A stretch of DNA of 63,895 bases, filler included, from Octopus bimaculoides (lineage: Eukaryota): the NCBI RefSeq assembly GCF_001194135.2. It is 5 parts of 5 records of this genome, joined end to end, with 100 filler letters (N's around TTAATTAATTAA, not from the genome) between each part and the next. Parts side by side here need not be neighbours in the genome. Positions count along the whole stretch, not along the records: positions 1 to 31,264 come from NC_068987.1; 4 more parts are not named here. One strand, given 5' to 3'. Made by a program: the position numbers and the translations under genes. Below are positions 12,183 to 23,700 of this stretch, piece by piece. Below the pieces are notes generated by a model. It was not told the origin of the DNA. It saw only the letters and a program-made list of their open reading frames with translations, and ran no database searches. How positions within the stretch are numbered: position 1 is the stretch's first letter; the number at the start of each line of letters is the position of its first letter.

Positions 12183-12470
12183 AAACACCTAAAGCTCCAC
12201 GAGGCTCCGGCAGGGGATGGTGGTGAACCCTGCTATACTCTTCCACCACAACTTTCTCTCACTCTTACTTCCTGTTTCTGTTGTGCCTGTAATTCAAAAG
12301 GTCAGCCTTGTCACACTGTGTCACGCTGATTATCCCCGAGAACTACGTTAAGGGTACACGTGTCTGTGGAGTGCTCAGCCACTTGCACGTTAATTTCACG
12401 AGCAGGCTGTTCCATGGATCGGATCAGCTGGAACCCTCGACATCGTAAGCGACGGAGTGCCAACAACAAC
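12183..12470 (+). mobile_element. SINE, same family as 17908-18275
   Basis: High identity by eye; ends gtgccaacaacaac. Confidence 0.8.
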
Positions 12471-12974
12471 TGCCAGATTGACAGTAAATTTATCATCATC
12501 ATCATATGTCATATGCTTTTCCAACACATTAATAACTCTATAACTCTGTCTGATTGAGAGTGGGTTCTCCCCTCAGATGAAGCCATAACATTACTTCATT
12601 CTGACTTTCTCATATTGTTTTCTTAGCAGAGATATTGGGGTGGTTTGCCATTGCCTTCTCCAACTGATGACTGTTGGCCCACAAGGGCAGTAAATTAATT
12701 TGGGCTAAAAAAAAATCCTTAACCATGAAGAACCTCTTGCAACCACACCACTGTTTGAGATAAATTTTTAGGTGTCTACATGTAGCTTTTTGTCAGTGTC
12801 ACAACACTTAACTTATATTTACATTTCAAGTCTGTTTAGCTATACTTGATCTATGTAGCTTTGCTTGATTTGTGTCGACATTTAGTTTCTGTGACTATAT
12901 TTGATCTGTGTCACTCTATTTAAGTTTTACCTATCGGGATGGCACCTGTGCCCAGCATCGCCTTTCAGACACTT

Positions 12975-13292
12975 GTGCCCGCAGCATGTGTAAGGACTTT
13001 CAAGCGAGACCATTGCCAGTGCCACTGGACTGGCTCCTGTGCAGGTGGCACATAAAATACACCATTTTGAGTGTGGCCGTTGCCAGTACCGCCTGACTGG
13101 CCTTCATGCCGGTGACACATAAAAACACCCACTACACTCTCTGAGTGGTTGGCGTTAGGAAGGGCATCCAGCTGTAGAAACTCTTCCAAATCAGATTGGA
13201 GCCGGGTGTAGCCTTCGGGTTCCACCAGTCCTCAGTCAAATCGTCCAACTCATGCTAGCATGGAAAGCGGACGTTAAACGATGATGATAATG
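12975..13292 (+). mobile_element. RTE-type 3' tail (also 15497-15630, 17487-17631 minus, 24791-24962, 30262-30462)
   Basis: Conserved tail ending gttaaacgatgatga. Confidence 0.8.
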
Positions 13293-13818
13293 ATGTCCAT
13301 ATGCTTTTATTAAAGCTACAAAATTATCACAAAAACTGTAACTCAGAGTTCATGTTTCTGTTTGTCAGTCAGTTGTGATGAAAACTGAATTAAGATTTTG
13401 ATGATGCATGTAATATGGTGTTATGTAACGTAATTCAAATACACCGAATAAGCATTTATGTGTGTGTGTGTGTGTCTCTTTGTCTTTATATCAGGTGATA
13501 GTTTTAAATAGATTGTTACTGCCATTGCAACCAGTGTCATTCAATATTCTGCAAGAATATGTCTGGCCATTGAGAAATACCACTTTGCTTGGAAAGAGAT
13601 AATGAAGGTTAGTGACAGGAAGGCATCCAGCTGTAAAAAAATCTGCTTTGATAAATTTGACCTATGCAAGCCTAGAAAAAGGATGACCTTCACTATCTCT
13701 TCCCCACCTCATTTTACACATTTCCCCCCTCTTCCTCTCTCTTTTTCCTACTCCATATTCTTACTTCTCCTTCATCATCAACACCACCACTACCACCACC
13801 TTTTTTTTTCTGTTTCAG

Positions 13819-13877
13819 AATCAAATAATAAAAAGGTGAAGACAAATGAAGAGGATTTTGCCATTAAAATCATCAAT
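13819..13877 (+). CDS. TERF2IP: Coding exon (K-SNNKKVKTNEEDFAIKIIN), start of the RCT domain
   Basis: ttttctgtttcAG acceptor and AAT|GTGAGT donor; phase 1 to 0; AIKII matches human RAP1 AAIKIIRQLMEKF (recalled sequence). Confidence 0.85.
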
Positions 13878-13939
13878 GTGAGTTGATACCGTCTACACAT
13901 ACATATACACCTGCATGTGTATTTACACACACGCACACG

Positions 13940-13979
<40 letters not shown>

Positions 13980-14597
13980 CAATGAAAGCACCTTCGCATG
14001 CAAATCACTTGTCCTGCTAGAAATAACTGCCAACTCTCCTTCAGACCACACCCTACTGCCTTTAATAAGGAAATGATGCATTAGACTATTTGGTCATACA
14101 TACCTGTAAAAATGATAGGCTGGCCATGGCAGGAATACCTTTGGCCATAGGTCTGCTTTATGAGTGTTGACCTCTGTCTAATCATTGGTGTTGCCTTGTC
14201 ATAGGTTTGCACTAAGGGCTCTTGTTATTATTGATTTTACTTAATAAATTCATTTTTCACTTTAGACAAAACTTAAAGTACTAATTAGAAGCTGAGTTTT
14301 GTTTGTCTTATGTCATTTAATTATTGTTTAGTGACATGTCAGCTAAGATTCAGCAGACATTTGATCAAACGTGTTCCAACCATGACTATCCATTGTTATT
14401 TTGGTCAACTTTGCTTTTCATCATTCCAGAACAAGGGTTGATAAAATAACTTACTGCTGTTTTACTTAGTTTACAGCCATACCATGTTGAAAACACTGGT
14501 TCTTGTCTGATCACCGAAGTTAAGCAACATCAAGCCTAGTTAATACTTAGATGGATGACTGCTTGGGAAACCTTGGTGTTGTAAACGTCTTTCATTT

Positions 14598-14910
14598 GTG
14601 GAGGCACATGGCCAAGTGGTTAGAGCAGCGGACTCACGGTCGAGGGATTGCAGGTTCAAATCTCAGAACAGGCGATGTGCGTGTTTATGAGCAAAACACC
14701 TAAGCTCCGCGTGGCTCCAGCAGAAGGTAATGGCAAATTTCTGCTGACTCTTTCACCACAACTTTCTCTCACTCTTTCCTCCTGCATCTAGCAGCTCACC
14801 TGCAACTGATCAGCGTTCTGTTTAGGTGGGGAACCTATACGCCAATAAAACTGGGAAACCGGCCCTTATGAGCCAGACATGGCTCAAGAAGGAACAGACA
14901 ACAACAACAT
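14598..14910 (+). mobile_element. SINE variant with the same tRNA head as 22024-22326 but a different 3' half (second copy 25318-25590)
   Basis: ggaggcacatggccaagtggttagagcagcggactc head; 3' ctgggaaaccggccc.atgagcc. Confidence 0.7.
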
Positions 14911-15201
14911 TCTACTTGAGATATCTCCTTGCTCAACATGAACCCCTGGACCAAAGCAAGGATATCTATAGCAGAGTCCATTCTGTCGCAAGTATTCAGA
15001 GCAGATTTGCTATCACTCTTTACAAGACAATGTAATTTGAGAGAGATTTAACTGCCATTTCTAGCAGGCTGACTGACAACATAGTGACCCCTTCTTTGGC
15101 TTGTATGTTTCATCCAGTTTCATCCAAAACCATTTTATGATACAAATATCTTTTATAGATTTTGTCTTTCAATGTAATCCTTTCTTTCATCACCTCTGTA
15201 G

Positions 15202-15316
15202 GATATATGCAAAAATTTCCAACTGGATGTTAAAGAAGTTCTAGCAACTCTGGGATCAACCAATGGTGATGTGAACCAAGCCATTTCTTACATCAAATTT
15301 GGACCTGAATTATCAG
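15202..15316 (+). CDS. TERF2IP: RAP1 C-terminal (RCT / Rap1_C) domain exon (DICKNFQLDVKEVLATLGSTNGDVNQAISYIKFGPELS)
   Basis: ctctgtAG acceptor and CAG|GTGAGA donor; phase 0 to 1; ungapped match to human QLMEKFNLDLSTVTQAFLKNSGELEATSAFLASGQRAD. Confidence 0.9.
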
Positions 15317-15675
15317 GTGAGATTTTAGGACTTTTTATTTATTTATTTATTTATTTATTTATTTTGGACTTTATTTGTATTTGTTTTTTCTTTTTCTGAA
15401 TGGCCATCTCGTCACTTTTCATTGGTCATCTCATCTGTTTTCAGGGGTCATCTCCTCTATGTTTTTTCCACCTTGATTTGCATTTATATGCTTACTCATG
15501 TTAGGGAGGGCATCCAGCTGTAGAAACCATGCCAAATTAGCTGGAACCTGGTGCAGCTCTCTGGCTTACCAGTTCCAGTCAAACTGTCTAACCCATGCCA
15601 ACATGGAAAACAACCATCAAATGATGACGATAATGATTATATATATATATATACATAAATGCACATCAACATATA

Positions 15676-15732
<57 letters not shown>

Positions 15733-16319
15733 GTGTGTATATATATATAGGGGGAATTCACAAAAAACACAAAAGACGAAGACAGGTGGTGTAGACAGCA
15801 AACAGATGTATTAGCATAACGCTCAGGAAGTGAAGAAGTCTTGAACGTTTCAAGCCTATGCTCTTCCACAGAAAGGAACACAGAAAGAAAAATTTTCAAT
15901 AAGCTAGTGTGTCAAACAAAAATATCTTGTATTTTTATTTTAATTGAGGCATCCAAGATATATCATTGCTAATAAATTATGGGATGATCACAATTGGAAT
16001 GTCTTTTATCATAGGTTTATGGCATCAGGTCTGACCTAAAGAGAAACACCAAGGGGCTGAGAATTGTCTTTGTTTAACTCTCGGTGAACCCTATTTGAGT
16101 AAACTTACTCCATTATAGGTTTACAGGATCAAGTCTGGCTTGGTGATAAACACCATGAGCAGGGAAGTTGTTGTTTGACCCCAAGTTTAGACAGACTTTC
16201 TTCATCATGGGTTTACAGGATCAAGTCTGACCTGGAGATAAACATCAAGAGCAAAGAGGTTTTCTTTAACCCTAAGTCAATCCTGTTTGAGATGACTTAT
16301 TATCTTAAGCATTCCAGCC

Positions 16320-16547
16320 TTAACCCTTTAGTGTTTAAACCGGCCATATCTGGCCAAGATATTCTACATGTTTTATATTCAAACTGGTGATATCTAGCCT
16401 CTCACACCTAACCTACATTGACATTCTAAAAATAAACAATCACATTATTGAAACCTCAAAGCTATAAGATAATGCATGATTAATTCAAAACAATTTGAGT
16501 GAAAAAGTATTACATTTAACAGAGTAATCTGAACACTAAAGGGTTAA
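16320..16547. mobile_element. TTAA-type (piggyBac-like) MITE
   Basis: Perfect 16-bp inverted termini TTAACCCTTTAGTGTT / AACACTAAAGGGTTAA including TTAA. Confidence 0.8.
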
Positions 16548-16676
16548 CCATCTTGTCTTTTTGTATATTCCAGGCATAATAATATATTGTCCAAAAGCAT
16601 TCTGTCCAATTAATTAAACAACTCTACCAATTTGCTGCTGAGATAACCATTCATTTAATGTTTAATTTTCTTGCAG

Positions 16677-16807
16677 GTGTGTTACCATGGACACAGGAGG
16701 AAGATGCCATTATTTCATCAACAGATGAGCAGCAATTTAGTGGAATTGTTCAAAAGCATGGGCAAGTTGCTGTAGCCGAAAGACTTCAATTTCTGGAGAA
16801 TTTGTAA
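16677..16807 (+). CDS. TERF2IP: Last coding exon (G-VLPWTQEEDAIISSTDEQQFSGIVQKHGQVAVAERLQFLENL*); the exon continues to 16820
   Basis: ttttcttgcAG acceptor; ungapped match to human WSRQDDIDLQKDDEDTREALVKKFGAQNVARRIEF (W, D, DE, V, K, G, VA, R, F conserved); TAA at 16805-16807; donor ATG|GTAAGC at 16821. Confidence 0.92.
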
Positions 16808-17907
16808 ATGTTCCCTCATGGTAAGCGATTCTATTTCATTGAAAAAAAAGTATATTTGTCATTTGAACAAAGGAGACTTTATACAGTTGCTCGGCCTGCA
16901 AGAAAATCATAACCCTTCTGCCTTAGATACTCCCTAAAATCACACCCTACTTTCTTAAAGAAAAGTACATTGAACAGAATACTCTGATATACATAAAGGT
17001 ATGATCGCTGGTTGAGATGCTTTAATGATAAGTCAGATGAATCGGGACTAGCCAGGGTCTAAATGACAACTTTTACTTGCAATATACTTACATAATCATT
17101 AAGACGGTGCACTGGCAGAATCATTGGCACACTGAATGCTTAGCAGCATTTGGTGTCCTTATGTTCTGAGTTCAAATTCCACTCAAGTTGACTTTGCTTT
17201 TCATCCTTTCAGTGTCAACACAATAAGTACCAGTTAACTACTGGGGGTGGGGGCAATGTAATCAACTTACCCCTACTTCCCTGAATTTGCTGGCCTTGAG
17301 CCAAAATCAGAAACCAATATACTTACATAATCAAGTGTGATTATCTGTGAGACTGGTTACGGTGGCTTTAGTCTGTGATCTGCTGTTGTCATTTAGGCCC
17401 AAGTTGGCCTGGTCAAAGCCAAGACTTGCAAAGCATGAGTCATATTCTTCCTGTTGAATAACATCTGGAAGATAAGACTCATCTACATCATCATCATCAT
17501 CATCATCGTTTAACGTCCGCTTTCCATGCTAGCATGGGTTGGACGATTTGACTGAGGACTGGTGAAACCGGATGGCAACACAAGGCTCCAATCTAATTTG
17601 GCAGAGTTTCTACAGCTGGATGCCCTTCCTACAGTATTACTTAAATCCACATCCTCAATTCAAGTGTGACGTCAGTTAATTTGTATTGGATTGTGACATG
17701 GAGATATACAAAAGCCTCTCTAAAGAGAATCCAGAACTTAATCAACCACTGCCTCTAGAGGATATTCAGAATCCATTGACTGAAGAAAATCAACAACATA
17801 GCCCTGTGGGAACAAACCCAGCAGTCCCCTGTTGACATGTAGACTAAGCGTAACACCTAGCACTGGATTTGGTATACCTGCTAAAGGCCATGTTTCAACT
17901 TTATCAG

Positions 17908-18275
17908 GTTGTTGTTGTTGTTGTTGGCACTCCGTCGTTTACGACGTCGAGGGTTCCAGTTGATCCGATCAACGGAACAACCTGCGCATGAAATTAACGT
18001 GCGAGTGGCTGAGCAATCCACAGACACGTGTACCCTTAACGTAGTTCTTGGGGATATTCAGCGTGACAAGGCTGACCCTTTGAATTACAGGCACAACAGA
18101 AACAGAAAGTAAGAGTGAGAGAAAGTTGTGGTGAAAGAGTACAGCAGGGTTCGCCACCATCCCCTGCCGGAGCCTTGTGGAGCTTCAGGTGTTTTCGCTC
18201 AATAAACACTCACAACGCCCAGTCTGGGAATCGAAACCGCGATCCAATGACCGCGAGTCCGCTGCCCTAACCACT
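17908..18275 (-). mobile_element. Near full-length tRNA-derived SINE with (CAA)n tail (also 22024-22326 +, 23850-24140 -)
   Basis: Minus strand reads gtggttagggcagcggactcgcggtc...ggtttcgattcccagac (A/B boxes); tail gttgttgttg on the plus strand. Confidence 0.85.
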
Positions 18276-19597
18276 TCATCTGGTAATGTTGGTAGAACCC
18301 ACAGGCTATATAAGGAAGAGATGAGAGCCAGGAAAAATGAAGTGAGATCTTGATGGAGCTGGGGCTACAACTGGAATGGAAATCCCAGGAGAGAGATGAA
18401 TAGAGGGAATTTGAATAGGGGCCCAATGAAAAAGTAACAAGTTTGATGAAACAAACTCCTGATCATGCAAATGTGAGCCACAACTAATTAGTCATATTTC
18501 CAGGAATGGCATAACCTGGACTACATCATACAGTGTGATTCGAGGGTGGTTTGGATGCTATTTCCAGCAGAGTATGTAATTATGTAGAGGCTCTTACATA
18601 TTGATCAGGATCAATATAAATCGGTGGGGAAAAAGCAATCAATGAGATCTCACACATCTGAGATTGTTAATGAAAATAGAAACATGGATTTAGCAACAAT
18701 TGTAGAAGCCTTTTAGTATTAAGTTTTGTTTCGGTGTTTAGTTTATGTTTTTATTCTTTTATTCTTTTGCTGTATTCAGTCAGTGCACTGTGGCCATGCT
18801 GGATCTCTGCTTTCAAGGGATTTACCTAATCATATTGTCCCCAGTATTAATTTCAGTCTCTTATTTGTTTTATTGACCTATATTATAGGAGCGGACATGG
18901 ATGTATGGTTAAGAAGTTTGCTTCCCAACCACATGGTTTCAGGTTCAGTCTCACTGCATGGCTCTATAGCCCTAGGCTAATTAAAGCCTTGAAAGTGAAT
19001 TTGGTACACAAATACTGAAAGAAGCCTGTCACATGTGTGTGTATCCTTGTCTTGACATCACATAATAAATAGTTAAGTGAGTATCAGTGTTGTACAAACA
19101 GTTTCATTCACTTTCAGTATTCGGCAATATATGTCTGGCCTGGGGGAAAAATTTTCCTTGCTTGGAAACAATTGAGGCCTGGCAACAGTAAAGGCATCCA
19201 GCTGTAAAAAAATCTGCTTCTTCCAACTCTCTCCAACCCATTCAAGTATGGAAAAGTGGACGTTGTTGTTGTTTTTATGATGATGATGATGATGATGTAG
19301 TAGTAGTAAAATGCTCCACATTGTATAAAGGTAGGCAAGAATAGCTGGAAAGAAGACAATGATGGTTTTGACAAGATGTCAGAGTATACTCTCAAGATAC
19401 AAGTAGATAAGTATAAGAAAGAATTGGAAAGGGTTAGTAGATAACTTCATTGGATTGTAAAAAGAGAACGGTAGATGGTTAATCATTTAGTGTTTAAACC
19501 AGTTATCTCCGGCTCACAACCTATTTTATGTTCAGACCAGCCATATCTAACCTTTCACGTCCTCACCTACAATGTCCTTCTAAAAGATAAACAATCA

Positions 19598-19970
19598 GGC
19601 GTGGCTATGTGGTAAGAAGCTTACTTCCAAACCACTTGGTTCTGGGTTCAGTCTCACTGTGTATCACCTTGGGCACATGTCTTCTACTATAGCCTCAAGC
19701 TGACTGAAGCCTTGTGAACAAATTTGGTAGACAGAAACTGAAAGACGTCCATCACGTGTATGTGTGTGTTTGTCCCCCACCACCATTTGATAACCGGTGT
19801 TGGTGCGTTTACGTCACCATAACTTAGTGATTCAGTAACAAGTGACCGATAGGATAAGTACTAGGCTTTAAAAAATGTAAAAACTGGGGTTGATTCATTT
19901 GACTAAAAAGTTCTTCAAGGCAGTGCCCAAGCGTGACCACAGTCAAATGACTGAAACAGATAAAAGATAA
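19598..19970 (+). mobile_element. SINE with a central TG microsatellite, inserted into a third TTAA-MITE copy (~19476-20060); other copies at 18888-19050, 24587-25275, 37540-37850 -, 48230-48520, 51150-51340 -
   Basis: ggcgtggctatgtggtaagaagctt...gggttcagtc head and gcagtcaaatgactgaaaca.taaaaga tail; MITE sequence resumes after it. Confidence 0.75.
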
Positions 19971-20252
19971 AATTACATCATTGAAGTCTTGATGCTGCAA
20001 GACAATGCATGGTTAATGTAAAACAGTGTGAATAAATAAGCTTTACAATTGACAGAATAATCTGTGGAATGGAATGGAACAAGGATAGAAGTTTAGTCAA
20101 TGCTAAATATCAGTGCAGAGGAAAGGTGAAAGAATAGGAGTAACTTAGGAAGGAAGTAACAATAAGTAGAGTGTAGAGCAGCTGTATAATAAACCTGTTT
20201 GATTGTATGATAATTTTAACTAATTAAATTTTTCTGTTCTGTATTTTCACAG

Positions 20253-20325
20253 TTCATCCCCCGCATCCCAAGGAACAACAGCAACCTTCACCATCTGTAT
20301 TATATATCTGTCTCTGTTTTTATTG
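20253..20325 (+). other. Probable non-coding 3'-UTR exon of TERF2IP (3' end unknown)
   Basis: Strong acceptor ttttctgttctgtattttcacAG at 20251-20252; the best acceptor I found for the donor at 16821. Confidence 0.5.
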
Positions 20326-20493
20326 AGAGAGAGAGAGTGTGTAGATGTGTGTGTGTGTGTAACAGTTGTTGTGGGAGAGAGTTATAACAACGACTGGTAT
20401 GGACTGAGTCCTCAGCTATAGTGCATGTATGTGTGTATGGTTATATGTATATATTTGTGTGTGAGTGTGCTTATATGTATTTATTTTTTATAT

Positions 20494-20532
<39 letters not shown>

Positions 20533-21372
20533 CATGAATGAGCTGCTCCACATTGGTCACCGGAGTGATATTTGGTCACTTTACAGAGTGTCGGTTAGGT
20601 GTCTGGAATGGGACGGCTTACCTCATGGGCAGGTAGAAGCTCTTTAACCTTGGTTGGTAATCTACCTAGGAGAAGGAAATCTCAGAAATAAAACCTGAGG
20701 CCTTGGAAGTTCCTGGTTTTGTCAATTCTCTTGTCACACCGGTGAAAATCTTCTTGGGCTAATAAGTGGGGGTAGTGCAGTGCAAGCTACACCCACTAAA
20801 AATTATTCATCTGCACAGGTACTTCCTGTACTCCAAATCTTAGTAAAATCATTCAATTGGTTGGTTGGCAGAAACCTAAAANNNNNNNNNNNNNNNNNNN
20901 NNNNNNNNNNNNNNNNNNNNNNNNNNNNNNNNNNNNNNNNNNNNNNNNNNNNNNNNNNNNNNNNNNNNNNNNNNNNNNNNNNNNNNNNNNNNNNNNNNNN
21001 NNNNNNNNNNNNNNNNNNNNNNNNNNNNNNNNNNNNNNNNNNNNNNNNNNNNNNNNNNNNNNNNNNNNNNNNNNNNNNNNNNNNNNNNNNNNNNNNNNNN
21101 NNNNNNNNNNNNNNNNNNNNNNNNNNNNNNNNNNNNNNNNNNNNNNNNNNNNNNNNNNNNNNNNNNNNNNNNNNNNNNNNNNNNNNNNNNNNNNNNNNNN
21201 NNNNNNNNNNNNNNNNNNNNNNNNNNNNNNNNNNNNNNNNNNNNNNNNNNNNNNNNNNNNNNNNNNNNNNNNNNNNNNNNNNNNNNNNNNNNNNNNNNNN
21301 NNNNNNNNNNNNNNNNNNNNNNNNNNNNNNNNNNNNNNNNNNNNNNNNNNNNNNNNNAAACATAATTATAAT

Positions 21373-21528
21373 CAGGGGTCAGCTAATTGCTTCACAATGC
21401 ACTGAATTTAGAAATAGGTGTTATACCTTTTCTGCTACCATAAAGATCTCCCAGACAGTAACACACTTTTTTACAAAGGCCAAAAGAAAAAATAACGAAT
21501 CCACACAACTCAGATTTGCTGATCCCTG
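21373..21528. mobile_element. hAT-type MITE
   Basis: TIRs CAGGGGTCAGC / GCTGATCCCTG and a perfect 8-bp TSD ATTATAAT (21365-21372, 21529-21536). Confidence 0.8.
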
Positions 21529-22804
21529 ATTATAATTATGTTTATAATTATAGAATATCTGTATAATTTTACCTAAAAAGGTTATTTTAACGTACTGAAC
21601 TACTTGGTAAAATTATTAATTATTGATTAATTTTACCGTTTTATTATTATTATTATTATCATTATTATTATTATATATAACTCTGTTTACCATCTATATA
21701 TATAAAACTCTGGTTTATATATATAGATGAGTGTATATGTGTGTGTATGTATCATTTCATTATAGTAATCTAAATAAATGAAAATGTAAAATATAAAATA
21801 ATAAATGGTGCAAAAGACAAACTGTTGTTTTTCCTGGTTATTATTTACTTAAGAATCAAGGAATGTATTGATGTCCTATGTCACTACATATTAATACAAG
21901 TCTCTTTCATTTATTCATTTAACATCCATTAACATCCAAGATGACGACAAATATCCGTCAATTGTAAATAACGTACATAATCCCTCATCTCTTAAATATA
22001 GAACTGTGCTACCTTGCATTTTGTGGAGGCACAGTGGCCCAGTGGTTAGGGCAGCGGACTCGCGGTTTCGATTCCCAGACCGGGCGTTGTGAGTGTTTAT
22101 TGAGCAAAAACACCTAAAAGCTCCACGAGGCTCCGGCTGGGGATAGTGACGAACCCTGCTGTACTCTTCCACCACAACTTTCTCTCACTCTTACTTCCTG
22201 TTTCTGTTGTGCCTGTAATTCAAAGGGTCAGCCTTGTCACACTGTGTCACGCTGAATATCCCCGAGAACTACGTTCAGGGTACACGTGTCTGTGGAGTGC
22301 TCAGCCACTTGCACGTTAATTTCATGNNNNNNNNNNNNNNNNNNNNNNNNNNNNNNNNNNNNNNNNNNNNNNNNNNNNNNNNNNNNNNNNNNNNNNNNNN
22401 NNNNNNNNNNNNNNNNNNNNNNNNNNNNNNNNNNNNNNNNNNNNNNNNNNNNNNNNNNNNNNNNNNNNNNNNNNNNNNNNNNNNNNNNNNNNNNNNNNNN
22501 NNNNNNNNNNNNNNNNNNNNNNNNNNNNNNNNNNNNNNNNNNNNNNNNNNNNNNNNNNNNNNNNNNNNNNNNNNNNNNNNNNNNNNNNNNNNNNNNNNNN
22601 NNNNNNNNNNNNNNNNNNNNNNNNNNNNNNNNNNNNNNNNNNNNNNNNNNNNNNNNNNNNNNNNNNNNNNNNNNNNNNNNNNNNNNNNNNNNNNNNNNNN
22701 NNNNNNNNNNNNNNNNNNNNNNNNNNNNNNNNNNNNNNNNNNNNNNNNNNNNNNNNNNNNNNNNNNNNNNNNNNNNNNNNNNNNNNNNNNNNNNNNNNNN
22801 NNNN

Positions 22805-23700
22805 TTCTTTTTTTCAGCATTTTTAAGGGCTTTAGAACCCAAAAACTATAGTTTTTTTTTTTTACTTTAGAGTTTAAAAAATGCTGATTTTATAGTTTTA
22901 ACATTTAAAAGACCTAAAAAAGGCTGATTTCATAGTTTTGGCCCGTTTTTAGAAAAGAATAAAAAAAAAACTCAAATGAAACACAACATTAATATCAAAC
23001 TAAAAAAGTTTAATGACAAAGTGGCCATAAAAATTTTTTTTTTAATGAAAAGCACGGTAGATAAATAATTTAATTTTTCCTCTTCTTCTCATTCTCCATT
23101 TTGTTCATGAGATGCATGTTGCCTTTCATGAAAATTAGCATGTCAAAGCTTGCATCAGACAGGGATGATCCCTTGGCCCTCAAGATGTCCTTGCCCATAG
23201 AAAACAAATGCTTCACTGCAGCACTGGAGGGGATGACTGTGCTGAACTTGATGAACAAGTCCACCAATACTTGCTCACCCAAAAAGGCAGCTCTGTCAGC
23301 AAGTCCTTGGAATTGGTCTCCAACCAGGTCTTGACCAAATTCTGGGCCTGGTCCTTAAGTGACCTGTGGCTCATGCTGCTCTCTTTTGACTGGGTGACAC
23401 CACTGAAGAAGTCATCTTTCTCTTCATCAGACTGCTGTCTCATGGCTTCCTTGACCTTACCCTCCTAGCTTTTCCTCACCTTAGCGACCTTGGTGTTGTC
23501 ATACTTATCCAACCAGATGAGGCGAAACCTGGGCTGGAAGGCAGCAGCCACCTAGCATTCTTCATCCTCCAGGAGGGTCCTAAACCTTTTGTCGATGCCT
23601 GCCAAAAGTGCGTTGACCAAGGGGCTGCAGTAGATGAGGCCCTTGGACATCAAGCCCTTGAGCCTGAAGATCATCACAGCAACTTGAGTTAACAGAAGTT
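22805..23700 (-). mobile_element. hAT transposase C-terminal remnant with dimerisation domain and AT-rich 3' region
   Basis: LLAGIDKRF..VAAAFQPRFRLIWL and LVDLFIKFSTVIPSSAAVKHLFSMGKDILRAKGSSLSDASFDMLIFMKGN (hAT dimerisation signature); two stops and one frameshift. Confidence 0.88.

Noticed and set aside
12663-12695. CTGATGA followed by a hairpin
   Set aside because: TAAA instead of GAAA and no stems I or III
17548-17575. CTGAGGA...GAAA hammerhead-like words on the antisense strand of the RTE tails
   Set aside because: Only 5 nt lie between the core halves with no stem II; the GAAA is the loop of another hairpin and is absent from other copies
17908-18275. tRNA genes suggested by A/B boxes in SINE heads
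   Set aside because: No complete cloverleaf; the heads are fused to repeat bodies and tails
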